This document shows positions 55,518 to 64,000 of a stretch of DNA of 64,000 bases, in pieces (within the stretch, counting starts at the first letter, position 1; every line of letters begins with the position of its first letter). The stretch is from a virus. The notes beneath the pieces were generated by a model. The model was not told the origin of the DNA. It saw only the letters and a list, made by a program, of their open reading frames with translations, and ran no database searches. Location of the stretch: IMG/VR virus record IMGVR_UViG_3300011115_000716, positions 1-64,000 of that record, one strand, 5' to 3'. The position numbers and the translations under genes are program-made.

Positions 55518-56768
55518 ATGGCACACGATAACGAATACAGGCTTGTAAGCAAGGTAATTGCAGAACGCCACATCATTCCAGTACTAGAACACGGAATCAA
55601 AGATGACTGGATTATTGACGATGACTTGCGTCGTATATGGAAATTTGTACGTGAGCACTATGCAAATTACCGTGAGGTACCGACTGTAGTTGCTGTAAAA
55701 GACAACTTCCCAAACTTTCAAATTCTTAAAGTCGAAGACACGATGGATTATCTTATTGATAAGATGGTCGAGTTTCGTCGTAACTCTATAACTCGTCAAG
55801 GTGTCACCGAGGTTGTCCAAAAGATGACTATGAATGACCATGACGCTGCTCTTATGGAGATGGGTAAAGTAATTACCCTTGTTAATGACCAAGGAGTTAT
55901 TGGTACTACACATATTGACTTGACTCGTGACCCAGACAAACGCTGGGAAGAATACGAAAACATTCAAAACTCTGTTCTCCTTGGAGTCCCTACAGGATTT
56001 GAGAAAATTGATGAGGCAACTGCAGGGCTCCAAGGCGGACAGTTAATTACTGTGATTGCTCCACCAAAGACAGGTAAGTCACAAATTGCTCTACAGATGG
56101 CAGTGAACGTGCACAAGTCCGGAATGGTTCCTATGTTCCAGTCGTTTGAGATGAACAACCACGAGCAGTCACAGCGCCATGACTCTATGAGGGCTCACAT
56201 TAGCAATGCCCGTCTTCGCCGTGGAAAGCTTAACCCATCAGAAGAAGCTCGCTATAAAAAGATGCTGTCTTATATGGACCAAGCTCACCCATTCCATCTG
56301 GTCGATGCGGTTAACGGTTTAACTATTGATTCTTTACTAGCTAAGGCCGAGCAACTAAACCCAGACATTCTATTCGTAGATGGTGTGTATCTGATGCTCG
56401 ACCAGGTTACTGGCGAGGCTAATACTCCGCAGGCTTTGACAAATATTACTCGTGGCTTGAAGCGTGTAGCACAGCGTCTCAATATCCCTATTGTTATTAC
56501 AACACAAACACTATTGTGGAAGATGAAGGGCGGAAAGGTTTCTGCTGACTCCATTGGTTACTCGTCATCCTTCTTCCAAGACTCTGATGTCATCCTTGGT
56601 TTAGAACCAGTTGAGAATGATGACATGGTTCGTTTACTAAAGGTTGTTCAGGCCCGTAACTGTCCCCCATCAGAGACAAGTATTACTTGGAACTGGGATA
56701 CGGGGTGTTTCCATGATGAAACAGCTCAGGCAACCTGTAAGTTCTGTACTCCTTGGAGTTTGCCATAA
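55518..56768 (+). CDS. DnaB-like replicative helicase
   Basis: VPTGF..ID..T.GL..GQL, APPKTGKS, FEM, LFVDG, QDSDV. Confidence 0.92.
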   Translation: MAHDNEYRLVSKVIAERHIIPVLEHGIKDDWIIDDDLRRIWKFVREHYANYREVPTVVAVKDNFPNFQILKVEDTMDYLIDKMVEFRRNSITRQGVTEVVQKMTMNDHDAALMEMGKVITLVNDQGVIGTTHIDLTRDPDKRWEEYENIQNSVLLGVPTGFEKIDEATAGLQGGQLITVIAPPKTGKSQIALQMAVNVHKSGMVPMFQSFEMNNHEQSQRHDSMRAHISNARLRRGKLNPSEEARYKKMLSYMDQAHPFHLVDAVNGLTIDSLLAKAEQLNPDILFVDGVYLMLDQVTGEANTPQALTNITRGLKRVAQRLNIPIVITTQTLLWKMKGGKVSADSIGYSSSFFQDSDVILGLEPVENDDMVRLLKVVQARNCPPSETSITWNWDTGCFHDETAQATCKFCTPWSLP

Positions 56769-57745
56769 TGTATGACATTCCTTTAGCTTTAACTGCGCTA
56801 GGAGTAGACTTTACTGACCACGGTCATGAAGCGTTAGCTTTATGCCCTACTCACTATGAGCGCACAGGTAAAGAAGATAACAACCCATCTTGGTGGATTA
56901 ATCTTGAGACCGGACTACATACTTGTTTCTCCTGCGGATATAAGGGAAATCTTTTACAATTAATATGTGACATTAAAGGGTTCTACTTTAATGACAAGTA
57001 CGACTACCGTGCCGCTGAATCTTGGCTAGCAAACGCCGCAGAAATCTCTATAGAAGACCTGCAGGCTGCTTTGATGGCTATGCCATCTTATATAAATGAG
57101 TACGCTAAACCCTTGGAGATGTCTGAGGCTCGTCTAGCAGTGTTTGTTGCCCCTCCGCAAAAGGCTCTAGATTCTCGCAGTATTACCGCTGAAGATGCAG
57201 CTGAGTACGGTGTTCTATGGGACACTAAGTCACAGACATGGATTCTACCTTTACGTGAACCAACCTCAAAGAAATTAATGGGATGGCAAGAAAAAGGAAC
57301 AGTAGACCGTACATTTAAAAATCGCCCAGCAGGGTTACAAAAATCCAGGACATTATTTGGAGTTAGGAATCAAAACGAAGATGTGGTTGTTGTTGTTGAA
57401 TCTCCTCTTGATTGCCTCCGCCTATCCGCTGCTGGTATTTGTGGAGCGGTTGCTATCTGCGGCTCATCCCCGTCAGAAGAACAAGTCAAACTCCTCCGCT
57501 CCTCAGGAAAAATCATCGCTGCCTTTGACAACGACAAAGCCGGTCAAAAAGCCTCAAAAGTCCTCTTAGAATTTGGTATTAAATACAGTTTAAATTTGCA
57601 CTTTTTCAACTATGGTAGTAGTAGAGTCAAAGACCCTGGCGATATGACTGATGAAGAATTGCGCTGGGGTGTGGAAAACGCCATATCAGCACTTTTTGGA
57701 GAATCAGCCTATGTTCAAGGGAACGCTCAAGCCGTATCAAGTTGA
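56768..57745 (+). CDS. DnaG-like primase (zinc finger + TOPRIM)
   Basis: CPTH...CFSCG; VVES.LD; AFDND.AG; KDPGD. Confidence 0.9.
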   Translation: MYDIPLALTALGVDFTDHGHEALALCPTHYERTGKEDNNPSWWINLETGLHTCFSCGYKGNLLQLICDIKGFYFNDKYDYRAAESWLANAAEISIEDLQAALMAMPSYINEYAKPLEMSEARLAVFVAPPQKALDSRSITAEDAAEYGVLWDTKSQTWILPLREPTSKKLMGWQEKGTVDRTFKNRPAGLQKSRTLFGVRNQNEDVVVVVESPLDCLRLSAAGICGAVAICGSSPSEEQVKLLRSSGKIIAAFDNDKAGQKASKVLLEFGIKYSLNLHFFNYGSSRVKDPGDMTDEELRWGVENAISALFGESAYVQGNAQAVSS

Positions 57746-59279
57746 GGCAGTAGCCAAGATGGTCGAACAAAGATGCATCTTAGTAGCCTATGAAATGGGT
57801 CTTGGTAAAACACCAATGACCATTGCAGCCATCGAAGAGCTTCGAGGCAAAGGCAGAATGACTAGAACTGTACTAGTTCTATGTTTAGCATCTTTAAAAT
57901 ATCAATGGGAAAAAGAAATTCTTAAATTTAGTGACTCTTCAGTTATTGTTATAGACGGAACTCCTAAACAACGAAAAGAACAGTATGGCCAAATAGTCAA
58001 TAATGATTATGTGGTTATGAATTATGAACAAGTTTTAAATGATTGGGACATTATTAAAACTTTTGATTTTGATGCCGTAGTGTGCGATGAGGCAACGGCT
58101 ATAAAAGGATTTAGAGCCAAGAGAGCTAAGAAAGTTAAAGATTTATCCAAGAACATCCCGGTAAGATTTGCCCTAACAGGAACACCAATTGAAAATGGTA
58201 AGCCAGAGGAGATATTCTCTATCATGCAATTTGTTGACCCAAAAGTTCTTGGCAGGTTTGACATCTTTGATAAAACATTTATCGTTAGGAACTATTTCGG
58301 TGGAGTTCAAAGATACCGTAATCTCCCCACTCTTCACTCCGCTTTAATGAAGCATACAGTCAGAAAATCTCAAAAAGATGATGATGTTAAACCGTATCTA
58401 CCTGACGCAGTTTACAGAGAGCCACTACTAGTTAAGTTAGATAGCAGTGCTCAAAAAGTTTATAACTATATAGCTACTGATTTGTTAAACCTATTGACCG
58501 AAGCTAAAGAGTTATTTGGTTCTAATTTTAATTTGGCAGCTCATTACGGCCAAGCATTTGACCCCGGTGACCCAATGAATGAGATGCGGGGGCAAATTAT
58601 GTCTAGAATTTCAGCCCTACGAATGCTTTGTTCTAACCCATTCCTGCTTCACAGCAGTGCTGCAAACTTTGAAAAGCAAACAGGTAAAGGCAGTTCTTAT
58701 ATACATTCTCTTCTAGAAATCTTAGATGGGGTCTCTAAAACACCTAAACTAGACTCAGCTATTAGTTATATAAAAGAACACCTCGATATTGACTCTTCCT
58801 ACAAAGCCGTGGTATTCTCTTCTTACCTGGAATCAGTTGACCGAATAGTTGAGCAGCTTTCCCAATCAGGAATAACTGCAGTAAAATACACAGGAGAGAT
58901 GAATGCCAAACAAAAAGAAGAAGCCAAAGTCAGCTTCCAGACTAGAGCTGGAATTCGCGTTCTGGTTAGTAGTGATGCTGGTGGGTACGGCGTGGATTTA
59001 CCTCAAGCTAATCTCCTTGTAAACTATGACCAGCCATGGAGCTCTGGACTTGCGGTACAACGTAATGGTAGAATAAACCGTACATCCAGCGACTGGACAA
59101 CAATTACAATTCAAGATATATTAGTAAAAGATTCAATTGAGCAACGTCAGTATGATATGCTCAAGCAAAAGGGCAACGTTGCAGGAGCAATTCTAGATGG
59201 GGCTAACATAAACTCTAAGGGTGGAGTTGACTTAACAGTAGGAAGCCTTATAGAGTTTATAACAAATAAGATAATCTAA
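57711..59279 (+). CDS. SNF2-family helicase
   Basis: LKPYQ, MGLGKT, DEAT, LTGTPIEN, AGG.GVDL, QRNGRINR. Confidence 0.92.
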   Translation: MFKGTLKPYQVEAVAKMVEQRCILVAYEMGLGKTPMTIAAIEELRGKGRMTRTVLVLCLASLKYQWEKEILKFSDSSVIVIDGTPKQRKEQYGQIVNNDYVVMNYEQVLNDWDIIKTFDFDAVVCDEATAIKGFRAKRAKKVKDLSKNIPVRFALTGTPIENGKPEEIFSIMQFVDPKVLGRFDIFDKTFIVRNYFGGVQRYRNLPTLHSALMKHTVRKSQKDDDVKPYLPDAVYREPLLVKLDSSAQKVYNYIATDLLNLLTEAKELFGSNFNLAAHYGQAFDPGDPMNEMRGQIMSRISALRMLCSNPFLLHSSAANFEKQTGKGSSYIHSLLEILDGVSKTPKLDSAISYIKEHLDIDSSYKAVVFSSYLESVDRIVEQLSQSGITAVKYTGEMNAKQKEEAKVSFQTRAGIRVLVSSDAGGYGVDLPQANLLVNYDQPWSSGLAVQRNGRINRTSSDWTTITIQDILVKDSIEQRQYDMLKQKGNVAGAILDGANINSKGGVDLTVGSLIEFITNKII

Positions 59280-59288
59280 GGAAGTTAA

Positions 59289-59543
59289 ATGGAGCACTCA
59301 AAAGAAGATTTAATTAAAATTGTTCTAAACATCATACATGAAGAAACCAACTACCCAGAGTCTAGAATAGGATTAAAACAGTCTTTAGCTGATGATTTAG
59401 ATATAGACTCTATCTCAGTAATGACCATCTTGATAAACACCCAGGAACAGACTAAGATAGAAATACCTGATGAGGACTGGGCGTCCTTGACAACTGTAGA
59501 ACTTTTAGTAAACTATTTACTAGAAAAACAAAAAGGAGAATAA
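59289..59543 (+). CDS. acpP: Acyl carrier protein
   Basis: LADDLDIDSISVMTI...IEIPDE....LTTV; conserved Ser41; SD AAGGA. Confidence 0.88.
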   Translation: MEHSKEDLIKIVLNIIHEETNYPESRIGLKQSLADDLDIDSISVMTILINTQEQTKIEIPDEDWASLTTVELLVNYLLEKQKGE

Positions 59544-59544
59544 A

Positions 59545-59985
59545 ATGGCTAATTTAATTCCAGAAGAACCGCGCGAATTTGCAGACCCAGAGGATTTTAA
59601 AACCCAGGTTGCTGAGTATATCCGTCTAAAAGCAAGTATGAAGTTAATGGAAACTCGTACCAAAGAGTTGAACAAACTTATCTCTCAGAAGATTGATGAG
59701 CAGGGTTACGAAGATAATGACGGAAACTGGCTTATTGACCTAGAAACCCCAATTGATGGAATTTCTCGTTTAGAGAAAATGCGTAAGTCTTCTCGTAAGC
59801 TAGACGAAGATGTTGCAGAAACAATCATCGTTGCAGCTGGTATTGAAGAAGAAGTTTACGAAATGGTAAAAACCTTAAGTGAAGAAAAGCTTATGGCTGC
59901 TTACTATGACGGTAAGCTTACCGAAGAACAACTTGACACTATGTTCCCTGTTGCAATATCATGGGCACTCTGGACAAGAAAGTAA
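59545..59985 (+). CDS. hypothetical protein
   Basis: 146 aa, SD AAGGAG. Confidence 0.75.
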   Translation: MANLIPEEPREFADPEDFKTQVAEYIRLKASMKLMETRTKELNKLISQKIDEQGYEDNDGNWLIDLETPIDGISRLEKMRKSSRKLDEDVAETIIVAAGIEEEVYEMVKTLSEEKLMAAYYDGKLTEEQLDTMFPVAISWALWTRK

Positions 59986-59994
59986 GATTTAAAT

Positions 59995-60480
59995 ATGCCA
60001 GGAATGCGTAGCGAAAAAGATATCCTCGAAGCTTTCGAGGGTCTTGACCGCGCACCTGGCTCAAAGAAATTACGCAAACCGACCACCGCAGTTGCTGAAA
60101 AGCGCCGTAAGAAAATTATGGGTGAATCGAATGGCTGGGATGCAAATCCCCTCCTTCGCAGCATAAAAGGTGTGGAGACAGAACTGTTTACAATCAGCGC
60201 TCTAGCAGATGCTTTAGAGAAGAAGATTGTTACTATTCGTCTATGGGAGAAAAAGGGATACATCCCTGCTGCTCCCTACCGCTTGCGTTCTAAGAGTCTT
60301 AATGGTAAAAAGGTATTAGGTAATCGTGTTTACACAAGAAGCCTAATCGAGATTACCATTGAGGAGTTCACAAGGCGTGGACTTCTTGGTTCTGCTCGTG
60401 TAGAATGGAACCAACATCACGACTTAACAGAGGTTATTATTAATCGCTGGAAAGACGCGGTGGAAAACCGAGAGTCGTAA
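59995..60480 (+). CDS. MerR-like HTH DNA-binding protein
   Basis: FTISALA.AL....VTIRLWEKKGYIP...NRVYT. Confidence 0.75.
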   Translation: MPGMRSEKDILEAFEGLDRAPGSKKLRKPTTAVAEKRRKKIMGESNGWDANPLLRSIKGVETELFTISALADALEKKIVTIRLWEKKGYIPAAPYRLRSKSLNGKKVLGNRVYTRSLIEITIEEFTRRGLLGSARVEWNQHHDLTEVIINRWKDAVENRES

Positions 60481-60516
60481 GACCTCCGACAAAATGAGAG
60501 CCGCAAGGCCTCCGAC
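60470..60516 (+). promoter_or_regulatory. twin 21-nt hairpin repeats upstream of ssb
   Basis: GAGAGTCGTAAGACCTCCGAC and GAGAGCCGCAAGGCCTCCGAC. Confidence 0.65.
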
Positions 60517-60532
60517 CGAAAGAAGATACACT

Positions 60533-61192
60533 ATGGCTATTACACAGCCTTCGTTCAACGCTGATGACTACCTAGTAGAAGACAGTGAAACTGCAACACC
60601 AAAGCACGGCACCACTGTGCAGGCAGGATGGGGAGCAGCAGCTGCTTTTCTAAAGCCTACAAAACAGAAGAGTCTGTATCCTACAGACATGAAGTTCAGC
60701 GAGCAGGCACAACTTGTGCGTTTCCTCAGTGACGAACCATTCATGGTTTACGAACTACACTGGATTGACGCAATCAAAGAAGGCCGTCGTTCATTCATTT
60801 GCCTAGGCGATGAATGCCCACTGTGCACCATTGCTGGTGACACTCCACGTCCAAAGTTCGCTTTTAACGTGATGGTAATGACTGACGAAGTTCCAAGCGT
60901 TCAGATTCTTACCGCCCCTATCACATTCGCCCGTCAGCTACAGGCTGCTAACGAGGACCCAAAGTTGGGCCCATTGTCAAAGCACTTCTGGGCTATCGCT
61001 CGTCTCGGTACAGGTCGCGAAACTCAGTACACGCTTAACCGTGTCAAGTCAGCTGACCTTGCAGAAGACTGGGAGTTGGATGCGGAAGACCTGATGGCTA
61101 CTCTTACCGATGCTGTTGCATACGGTCCAGAGGCTATCTACGTCGCCCCACGTGAAGATATGCTAGCAGTAGCACGTCAGCTCATTTCCTAA
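60533..61192 (+). CDS. single-stranded DNA-binding protein (gp32-like)
   Basis: VRFL, HW, C...CPLC zinc motif, R.G.G..TQY; between helicases and PolA. Confidence 0.7.
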   Translation: MAITQPSFNADDYLVEDSETATPKHGTTVQAGWGAAAAFLKPTKQKSLYPTDMKFSEQAQLVRFLSDEPFMVYELHWIDAIKEGRRSFICLGDECPLCTIAGDTPRPKFAFNVMVMTDEVPSVQILTAPITFARQLQAANEDPKLGPLSKHFWAIARLGTGRETQYTLNRVKSADLAEDWELDAEDLMATLTDAVAYGPEAIYVAPREDMLAVARQLIS

Positions 61193-61206
61193 CCAACTCA
61201 CTCACT

Positions 61207-61256
61207 GTGGGGAGCCGGAGGCTGTTTCTCCCTTTCTTACTTCGGCTCCCCACTTC
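61207..61256 (+). terminator. hairpin after ssb
   Basis: GTGGGGAGCCGGAG...CTTCGGCTCCCCAC. Confidence 0.6.
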
Positions 61257-61274
61257 TAAACTTTTAGGGGCATT

Positions 61275-63275
61275 ATGAACATCATCACAACTGTTGAACA
61301 GTTACAAGAATTTATAGAGTATTACTCTAAAGTCGATGCGTTTGCATTTGACGTAGAAACAATTGGCGATGACCGTTTATACCCAGTCATCAATGATGTT
61401 TGCTGGATTTCGTTTGCGACTGATGGTCGTGTAGACGTTATACCAATGGGCCACCCTAATGGCGAACTACAGGATTACGATAAGCCCCTTCTTCTTGCAG
61501 GCCAGCGTAGGTTAGCAGATGGTAAGGAGCTTTTAGACTCACACTACTCAAAAGATGAACGTAAGTGGATTCCTAAATTTAGTGAACCACCAACCCAACT
61601 AACTCCAGGGCAAGTTTTTAAAGCAATACAGCCACTTATGTTTGGAGACAAACTAAAGATTGGTCACAACGTTAAATTTGACCTTAAATCAATTGCAAAA
61701 TATTTTGGTGGTAAGGTGCCATCTAAACCTTTCTTTGATACCCTAACCGCACAGTTTATTATAAATAACTTAAATAAAAATAACCTTAATCTTAAAGACT
61801 CAGTAAAACGTGAACTTCATGTTGAAATGGAAAAAGGAGTTGGTGAGAATGTTGCTTTACACAGTTTTTCTGCTGTTGCTAATTATTCTGGTATTGATGC
61901 CGAGCTAACTTGGGAACTTTATAAAACCTTGCTTCCCAGAATTTCTGGTGGACTTACCAGAGTCTGGAAGTTAGAAATGGATGTCTTAGGTGCTCTATGT
62001 GACATGGAGTTGACTGGCGCATACATTGATACTAAAACTCTTGAAGAACTTGCTGAACAAATTAGCGAAGATAAAGAAAATGCAAAAGCCTTGGCATTTA
62101 AAGTTGCGGGGGAGGCATTTGCCATCAACTCTGTCCCAGCCAAACAGAAGCTTTTGTTTACAGCCGAAGATGGTAAAAAACCTCGCATAACTCCAAACAC
62201 AAAGTTTAAAAACGTTTTAACTACAAAAGGCTTTGAAACTCAACGTGCCGGAGGGCAACTAACTTCTGCACATTATTCCGTATCTGCGGATGCACTTGAG
62301 TATTACCGTGGCAAGGACGACCTTGTAGATGCACTATTAGGGTACCAAGACTTAAACAAGCTTATGACTACCTATGTAACCCCCTATGCAGGTGGAACAG
62401 TGGAGCGTGAAACTAACGGTAAAAAGACCTCTAGCGAGCGTAAGAGCCTCTTAATAAACGGACGTGTACATACCAACTTTAAGTCTCACGGGGCCGAGAC
62501 GGGCCGGTTTAGCTCGTCTGAGCCTAATTTGCAGAACATCCCATCATCTGGGGATTACGGTAAGCTTATCCGCAACCTATTTGTTGCTCCTCCTGGACAT
62601 AAGCTAGTTGTTGCTGACTACTCTCAGATTGAACCTCGTGTTATTGCATCGTTTAGCGATGACCCTCTTTTGGTTGATAACTATATGACTGGCAAAGATA
62701 TCTACACAACAATTGGTGACACAATGGGAGTAGACCGTAAAGCAGGTAAGGTTCTTGTGCTAGCCATTTCGTATGGTGTTGGACCTGACAAAATTGCTGC
62801 ATCTATTGGCTGCTCTGTAACAGAAGCCAAACAACTTCTTCGTGATTTTGAAGCTAAATTTTCATCTATTCCTAGATACAAAGGAAAAGTAGTACGCCTA
62901 GCCAAACACTCAGGACCAGTACCTTTTGTAGAGACTATATTTGGTCGTCGTAGATATATTCCAGATTTGCTTCAACGTGACCCAGGCCTACTTGCTCGCG
63001 CAGAACGTCAAGCATTTAACACAGTTATTCAGGGCTCAGCGGCAGATATTATGAAATTAGCTCTTGTCCGTGCACATTCATGCTTTATAGATGAAGATGA
63101 TATAAATGTAATATTGACTGTTCATGATGAACTTGTTACAATTACACCAGAAGACCGTGCAGACGAAGTAGCAGAGGCTATTCGCGTTTCTATGGAAGGA
63201 ATACAACTTAAGGAGATTACTGTTCCACTTATCGCAGACGTTAAAATTGTTGACAAGTGGGGTGAGGCTAAATAA
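61275..63275 (+). CDS. polA: DNA polymerase family A with 3'-5' exonuclease
   Basis: FDVET, HN.KFD, TGR.SS.EPNLQNIP, ADYSQIE.R, K....L...YG, QG.AAD, VHDE. Confidence 0.95.
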   Translation: MNIITTVEQLQEFIEYYSKVDAFAFDVETIGDDRLYPVINDVCWISFATDGRVDVIPMGHPNGELQDYDKPLLLAGQRRLADGKELLDSHYSKDERKWIPKFSEPPTQLTPGQVFKAIQPLMFGDKLKIGHNVKFDLKSIAKYFGGKVPSKPFFDTLTAQFIINNLNKNNLNLKDSVKRELHVEMEKGVGENVALHSFSAVANYSGIDAELTWELYKTLLPRISGGLTRVWKLEMDVLGALCDMELTGAYIDTKTLEELAEQISEDKENAKALAFKVAGEAFAINSVPAKQKLLFTAEDGKKPRITPNTKFKNVLTTKGFETQRAGGQLTSAHYSVSADALEYYRGKDDLVDALLGYQDLNKLMTTYVTPYAGGTVERETNGKKTSSERKSLLINGRVHTNFKSHGAETGRFSSSEPNLQNIPSSGDYGKLIRNLFVAPPGHKLVVADYSQIEPRVIASFSDDPLLVDNYMTGKDIYTTIGDTMGVDRKAGKVLVLAISYGVGPDKIAASIGCSVTEAKQLLRDFEAKFSSIPRYKGKVVRLAKHSGPVPFVETIFGRRRYIPDLLQRDPGLLARAERQAFNTVIQGSAADIMKLALVRAHSCFIDEDDINVILTVHDELVTITPEDRADEVAEAIRVSMEGIQLKEITVPLIADVKIVDKWGEAK

Positions 63276-63682
63276 TGGGAAAGAAAAAGAAAAACAAAGT
63301 CTGGACAATAAATGATGTCTCAGCAAAATTACGCGAGTTTATACTTGATTCTCAAATACAAAACTCACATGAATTAAGTGTGATACTTGGCTGTGGAAAA
63401 ATTAGCGATGAGCTTGCAGAAAGAGAAGAAGAAGAAAGCGAAAAACGCGTTGCCCGTATTTCACATTTAATTCCCCTTCTTTTTGCACATTCTCATGCTT
63501 TAGCTGAAGGTTCAATAGAATTTCAAAAAACAAATATACCTCCCGAGTTAAGGAATCTATCAGACGAGATGTGGCAAGAAAGTCGTAAGTTAATGGAGCA
63601 AATCGCAATGTCAGCACTTGTGGGCTCAGTATCTCAACTAGTAGACTTAGGTTTGGTAAAGCTTCCAAAGGAGAAGAAATGA
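63275..63682 (+). CDS. hypothetical protein
   Basis: 135 aa, TAATG coupling. Confidence 0.7.
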   Translation: MGKKKKNKVWTINDVSAKLREFILDSQIQNSHELSVILGCGKISDELAEREEEESEKRVARISHLIPLLFAHSHALAEGSIEFQKTNIPPELRNLSDEMWQESRKLMEQIAMSALVGSVSQLVDLGLVKLPKEKK

Positions 63683-64000
63683 ATAACGCAGATTGGTGGT
63701 CTAAAAAGTTAGGCCAACAACCACAGGCTCCTCAAGGACGTCCTGACCCAACACCTTCTATGCCACCTTCACAACAGCCAATGCAACCGATGCCTGCATT
63801 TCAACAACCGCAAACAACTAAAGCGCAATCTGCTAACCAGACTGCTTCTTGTCCTGACTGCGGGTCGGGCAATTACTTTTCTATTCAAAATGCAAAAGCA
63901 CGTTGCTACGACTGTGGGTATCCCGTGGAGCAATCCGGGTCGCGTTACGGCGGTCTCGCTGGTGCAAATGTTCAAGGCGCACCTAAAGATGCAAAAGGAA
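63679..64000 (+). CDS. Pro/Gln-rich zinc-ribbon protein, truncated by the window end
   Basis: ATGA overlap, SD AAGGAG; MNNADWWSKKL...CPDCGS...RCYDCGYP. Confidence 0.7.
   Translation, partial: MNNADWWSKKLGQQPQAPQGRPDPTPSMPPSQQPMQPMPAFQQPQTTKAQSANQTASCPDCGSGNYFSIQNAKARCYDCGYPVEQSGSRYGGLAGANVQGAPKDAKG

Larger units (their letters stand above)
1..64000. mobile_element. Contractile-tailed (myovirus-type) bacteriophage genome segment, probably an actinobacteriophage
   Basis: Terminase, portal, capsid, sheath, tube, baseplate and phage replication genes in typical order; no host housekeeping operons. Confidence 0.96.

Noticed and set aside
60494-60532. N-terminal extension of SSB from ATG 60494
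   Set aside because: Falls within the twin hairpins; the SD-like GAAAG fits ATG 60533
19878-63275. Inteins or introns in terminase, helicases or PolA; stop-codon reassignment
   Set aside because: Normal lengths, contiguous motifs, and long ORFs under the standard code with TAA, TAG and TGA all used as stops

Overview
The whole window is part of one large, low-GC (about 40% by eye) dsDNA tailed phage with a contractile tail. Its host is very probably an actinobacterium: it carries DUF3039, a ClgR-like HTH, an actinobacterial-type ACP and parS, and uses GAAAGG Shine-Dalgarno sites. Positions 1-8051 are a leftward early-type arm (VWA + MoxR AAA pair, small genes) interrupted by long, densely structured non-coding tracts. 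Positions 8052-8531 are a divergent control region with duplicated promoter-like repeats and a perfect parS palindrome. The rightward arm runs as follows: accessory genes (GNAT, Hsp20, FmdB, NlpC/P60 lipoprotein), lysis and membrane genes, terminase-portal-scaffold-major capsid, fibres, a run of about 13 tiny basic ORFs, sheath/tube/tape measure/baseplate, then replication genes (initiator, DnaC-like, DnaB, primase, SNF2, ACP, SSB, PolA). Best candidates for something undescribed: (i) structured early-arm RNAs that share an internal-loop motif, plus a D-armless tRNA-like element; (ii) a host-type parS; (iii) a UUU_CGC +1 frameshift in the tail chaperone gene; (iv) twin bulged-A GNRA hairpins before ssb; (v) the basic micro-protein array; (vi) apparent total GATC avoidance. 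All family calls come from motif recognition by eye, with no database searches.
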